This document shows positions 61,640 to 64,000 of a DNA stretch of 64,000 bases, one piece after another. The stretch is taken from assembly GCA_030390025.1 (NCBI GenBank), contig CM059433.1, positions 23,624,001 to 23,688,000 on the forward strand. The letters are read 5' to 3'. The position numbers were made by a program, and so were the translations under genes. The notes beneath the pieces are model-generated. The model made no database searches. It had not been told where the DNA came from and worked only from the letters and a program-made list of their open reading frames with translations. This DNA comes from Squalus acanthias. Its lineage: Eukaryota. Within the stretch, counting starts at the first letter, position 1. Every line of letters begins with the position of its first letter.

Positions 61640-62330
61640 CCAAAAAGATCTGAGGCATCAAGCCAGGAAATTCAACCCAGTTAGCTTAATATCTAGACTG
61701 GGAAAAATGCTAACAATCATTTTACAGGCTACAATGATTATGCATCCAATAAATACAGAAGCAATAAGGAATAGTCAACATGGAGTTACGAGCAATATTT
61801 GTGTCTCACAAATATTCTGGAACTGCTTTGCGAAATCACTAAATTGGTTAATAAAGACAAACTAGTGGCTATAACTTACTTTGATTTTCAGAGAGCATTT
61901 GATAAAATTCCAGTCCTGAGGCTTATAAATATGATCAAGGCTTGTGGAATTAAAAGTTTTTAAAAAAAAGGCTGCTGAAATGAATTGAAAACTGTCCTTG
62001 CAATAGAAAGTAGAAGGTAGTGAGAAATGGAAAAGTTCTGAGGGCAGTGATTACTCAGGTTCTGCAAGAATCCATCTGGATCCCCTGCTGTTCATACGAT
62101 TCATAAATGACGTGGGCACATGTACTTTTCAGTAAGATAACACTTACTGATGAAACTCAGCTCCGTTCTCAAGTGAAGAGTATGAGAGACACTGTCAAAG
62201 GGATTGGGACCAATTAGATGGCTGGGTTAAGGACAAAGAGATGGATATTGATGTAGGTAAATATATAATCATACACATTGGAACGGGAAATATTAAATAT
62301 ATATAAAAGCGAAAGTATAAGATGCTGGAT
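61640..62330 (+). pseudogene. Heavily degraded CR1 RT
   Basis: SQHG, YFDFQRAFDKIP and DPLLFIRFIND remnants. Confidence 0.7.
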
Positions 62331-62412
62331 AAATTCAGGCCAACTTATCCACCGCAGTTTGTCCTTCTTTAAAATATTGTCTTCTCTGTAATGATGGCCA
62401 CCTATACATTCA

Positions 62413-62540
62413 CAGAAAGGTCATCGACCTGAAACGTTAACTCTCTTTCTCTCTCCACGGATGCTGCCTGGCCTGCTGAGTTTTTCCAGCGTTTTCTGTT
62501 GTTATTTCGGATTTCCAGCATCCGCAGTATTTTGCTATCG
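62413..62540 (+). mobile_element. Penelope-like pLTR fragment with truncated hammerhead core
   Basis: GAAAGGTCATCGACCTGAAACGTTAACTCT...GATGCTGCCTGGCCTGCTGAG. Confidence 0.75.
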
Positions 62541-63364
62541 TATACATTCACAGTGGTTGACCCATATGCATACACAAGCCACACAATAGCAGGTATGAGT
62601 GAGTGAACTGATCATTTTTAGTTTGGATTGTACGGCACTAATTTGTGATGAAAGTTTCTGAAAAGATTTGCCTGTTGAGCACTGAATTAGTGATGTTTTC
62701 AGTGCTGATTTAACAAGGTTGACACAGAAATATAAACAGGTCTGAACCACCAGACTGCGTGATGTCAGGTATATCAACTAAAAGCAGGTGTTTTTAACGT
62801 TGCTTCACTGAAAACTGGAAGAGATGGGTTTGTTTGTTTTTTAAAAAAAGGGGACAAAATTTGTAATCCAATTCTAGTAATTTACAGATGAGCTGACTTC
62901 AGTAAAGACCTTGGCAGTTGGAACAAGTAAAACAACTTGCCTGACAATGCATTCTGGAAAAGAGCCAAATATTTGTCTTTCAGATTTTTTTCACATTTCT
63001 GTCAGTACAGTAATACCACAATGCCATCTTCTGTACAAAGCAGTACTAACACATTCTGTAAAACACAATTCTGTAGCCTTTTTATAACAATAACTATTTT
63101 TTAAATTCGTCGTCTCCCTCTTTTGAAGGTGCTAACCAGATGGGATAAAAGGACCGATTTCCCCAATCCTGGAAAAGGTGCTCTAATATGCTCCCACATT
63201 AGAGGGGAGGGGAGCTGGGAGACTACATTGACAGACTGAATCTGGTGAGATCAGCTCATTTATATAATTGTCTGTGCTTACTGTATGTTTTCCACATGTG
63301 CAAGGAATGCTATGGTTCACTCACTCGGTTAACATATTCAGTAAACACCTATGCTCCGCTGCTT

Positions 63365-64000
63365 GTCAGACTGGAAGGAATATGCAGTGGCGTGGGTGTC
63401 CTGCATGGGTCGGTATTAGGACCACTGCTCTTTTTGATATATATTAATGACGTGGACCTGGGTATAGAGGGCATCATTTCAAAGTTTGCAGATGACACAA
63501 AGCTTGGAAATGTAGTAACCAGTGAGAAGGAGAGTAACAGGGAGGACATAGTCTGGTGAGATGGGCAGACATATGGCAGATGAAATTTAATGCAGAGAAG
63601 TGTGAAGTGATGCACTCTGGAAAGAAGATTGAGGAGAGGCAATAGAAACTAAATGGTCTAATTTTAAAGGGGGTGCAGGAACAGAGAGACCTGGGGGTTT
63701 ATGCACAGAAATCTTTGAAAGTGGTAGAACACGTTGATGAGGCCGTTAAAAAAAGCATATGGGATCCTTAGCTTTATATATATATAGAGGAATAGAGTAC
63801 AAAAGCAAGAAAGTTATGCTAAACCTTTATAAATCACTGGTTAGGCCTCAGCTGGAGTATTGTGTCCAATTCTGAGCACCACACTTTAGGAAGGATATCA
63901 AGGCCTTGGAGAGGGTATGGAGGAGATTTACTAGAATGATACCAGGATGAGGGACTTCAGTAATGTGGAGAGGCTAGAGAAACTGGGATTGTTCTCCTTA
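63365..64000 (+). mobile_element. CR1 RT fragment running off the window end
   Basis: GSVLGPLLFLIYIND, ISKFADDTKLG and LVRPQLEYCVQF. Confidence 0.93.

Overview
This is eukaryotic, repeat-saturated genomic DNA, almost certainly from a cartilaginous fish (shark-like CR1 LINEs, Deu-domain SINEs and Penelope pLTRs). I could not identify any host protein-coding gene with confidence, and most ORFs in the track are decayed TE ORFs or their antisense shadows. The window contains: (1) many 5'-truncated CR1, L2 and other non-LTR retrotransposon relics; (2) three two-gene PIF/Harbinger transposons, each with a HARBI1-like DDE transposase convergent with a Myb/SANT gene, plus an older transposase relic and about ten non-autonomous Harbinger-type elements with 3-bp TSDs; (3) three solo LTRs with 4-bp TSDs, two of them related ~1.7-kb LTRs that each sit ~220-240 bp upstream of a Harbinger transposase start; (4) Penelope-like pLTR pieces with minimal hammerhead cores, including a ~560-bp near-perfect palindrome; and (5) deeply nested insertions whose order can be read from TSDs. 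Family names come from motif recognition, not database searches. Boundaries without a quoted TSD are approximate.
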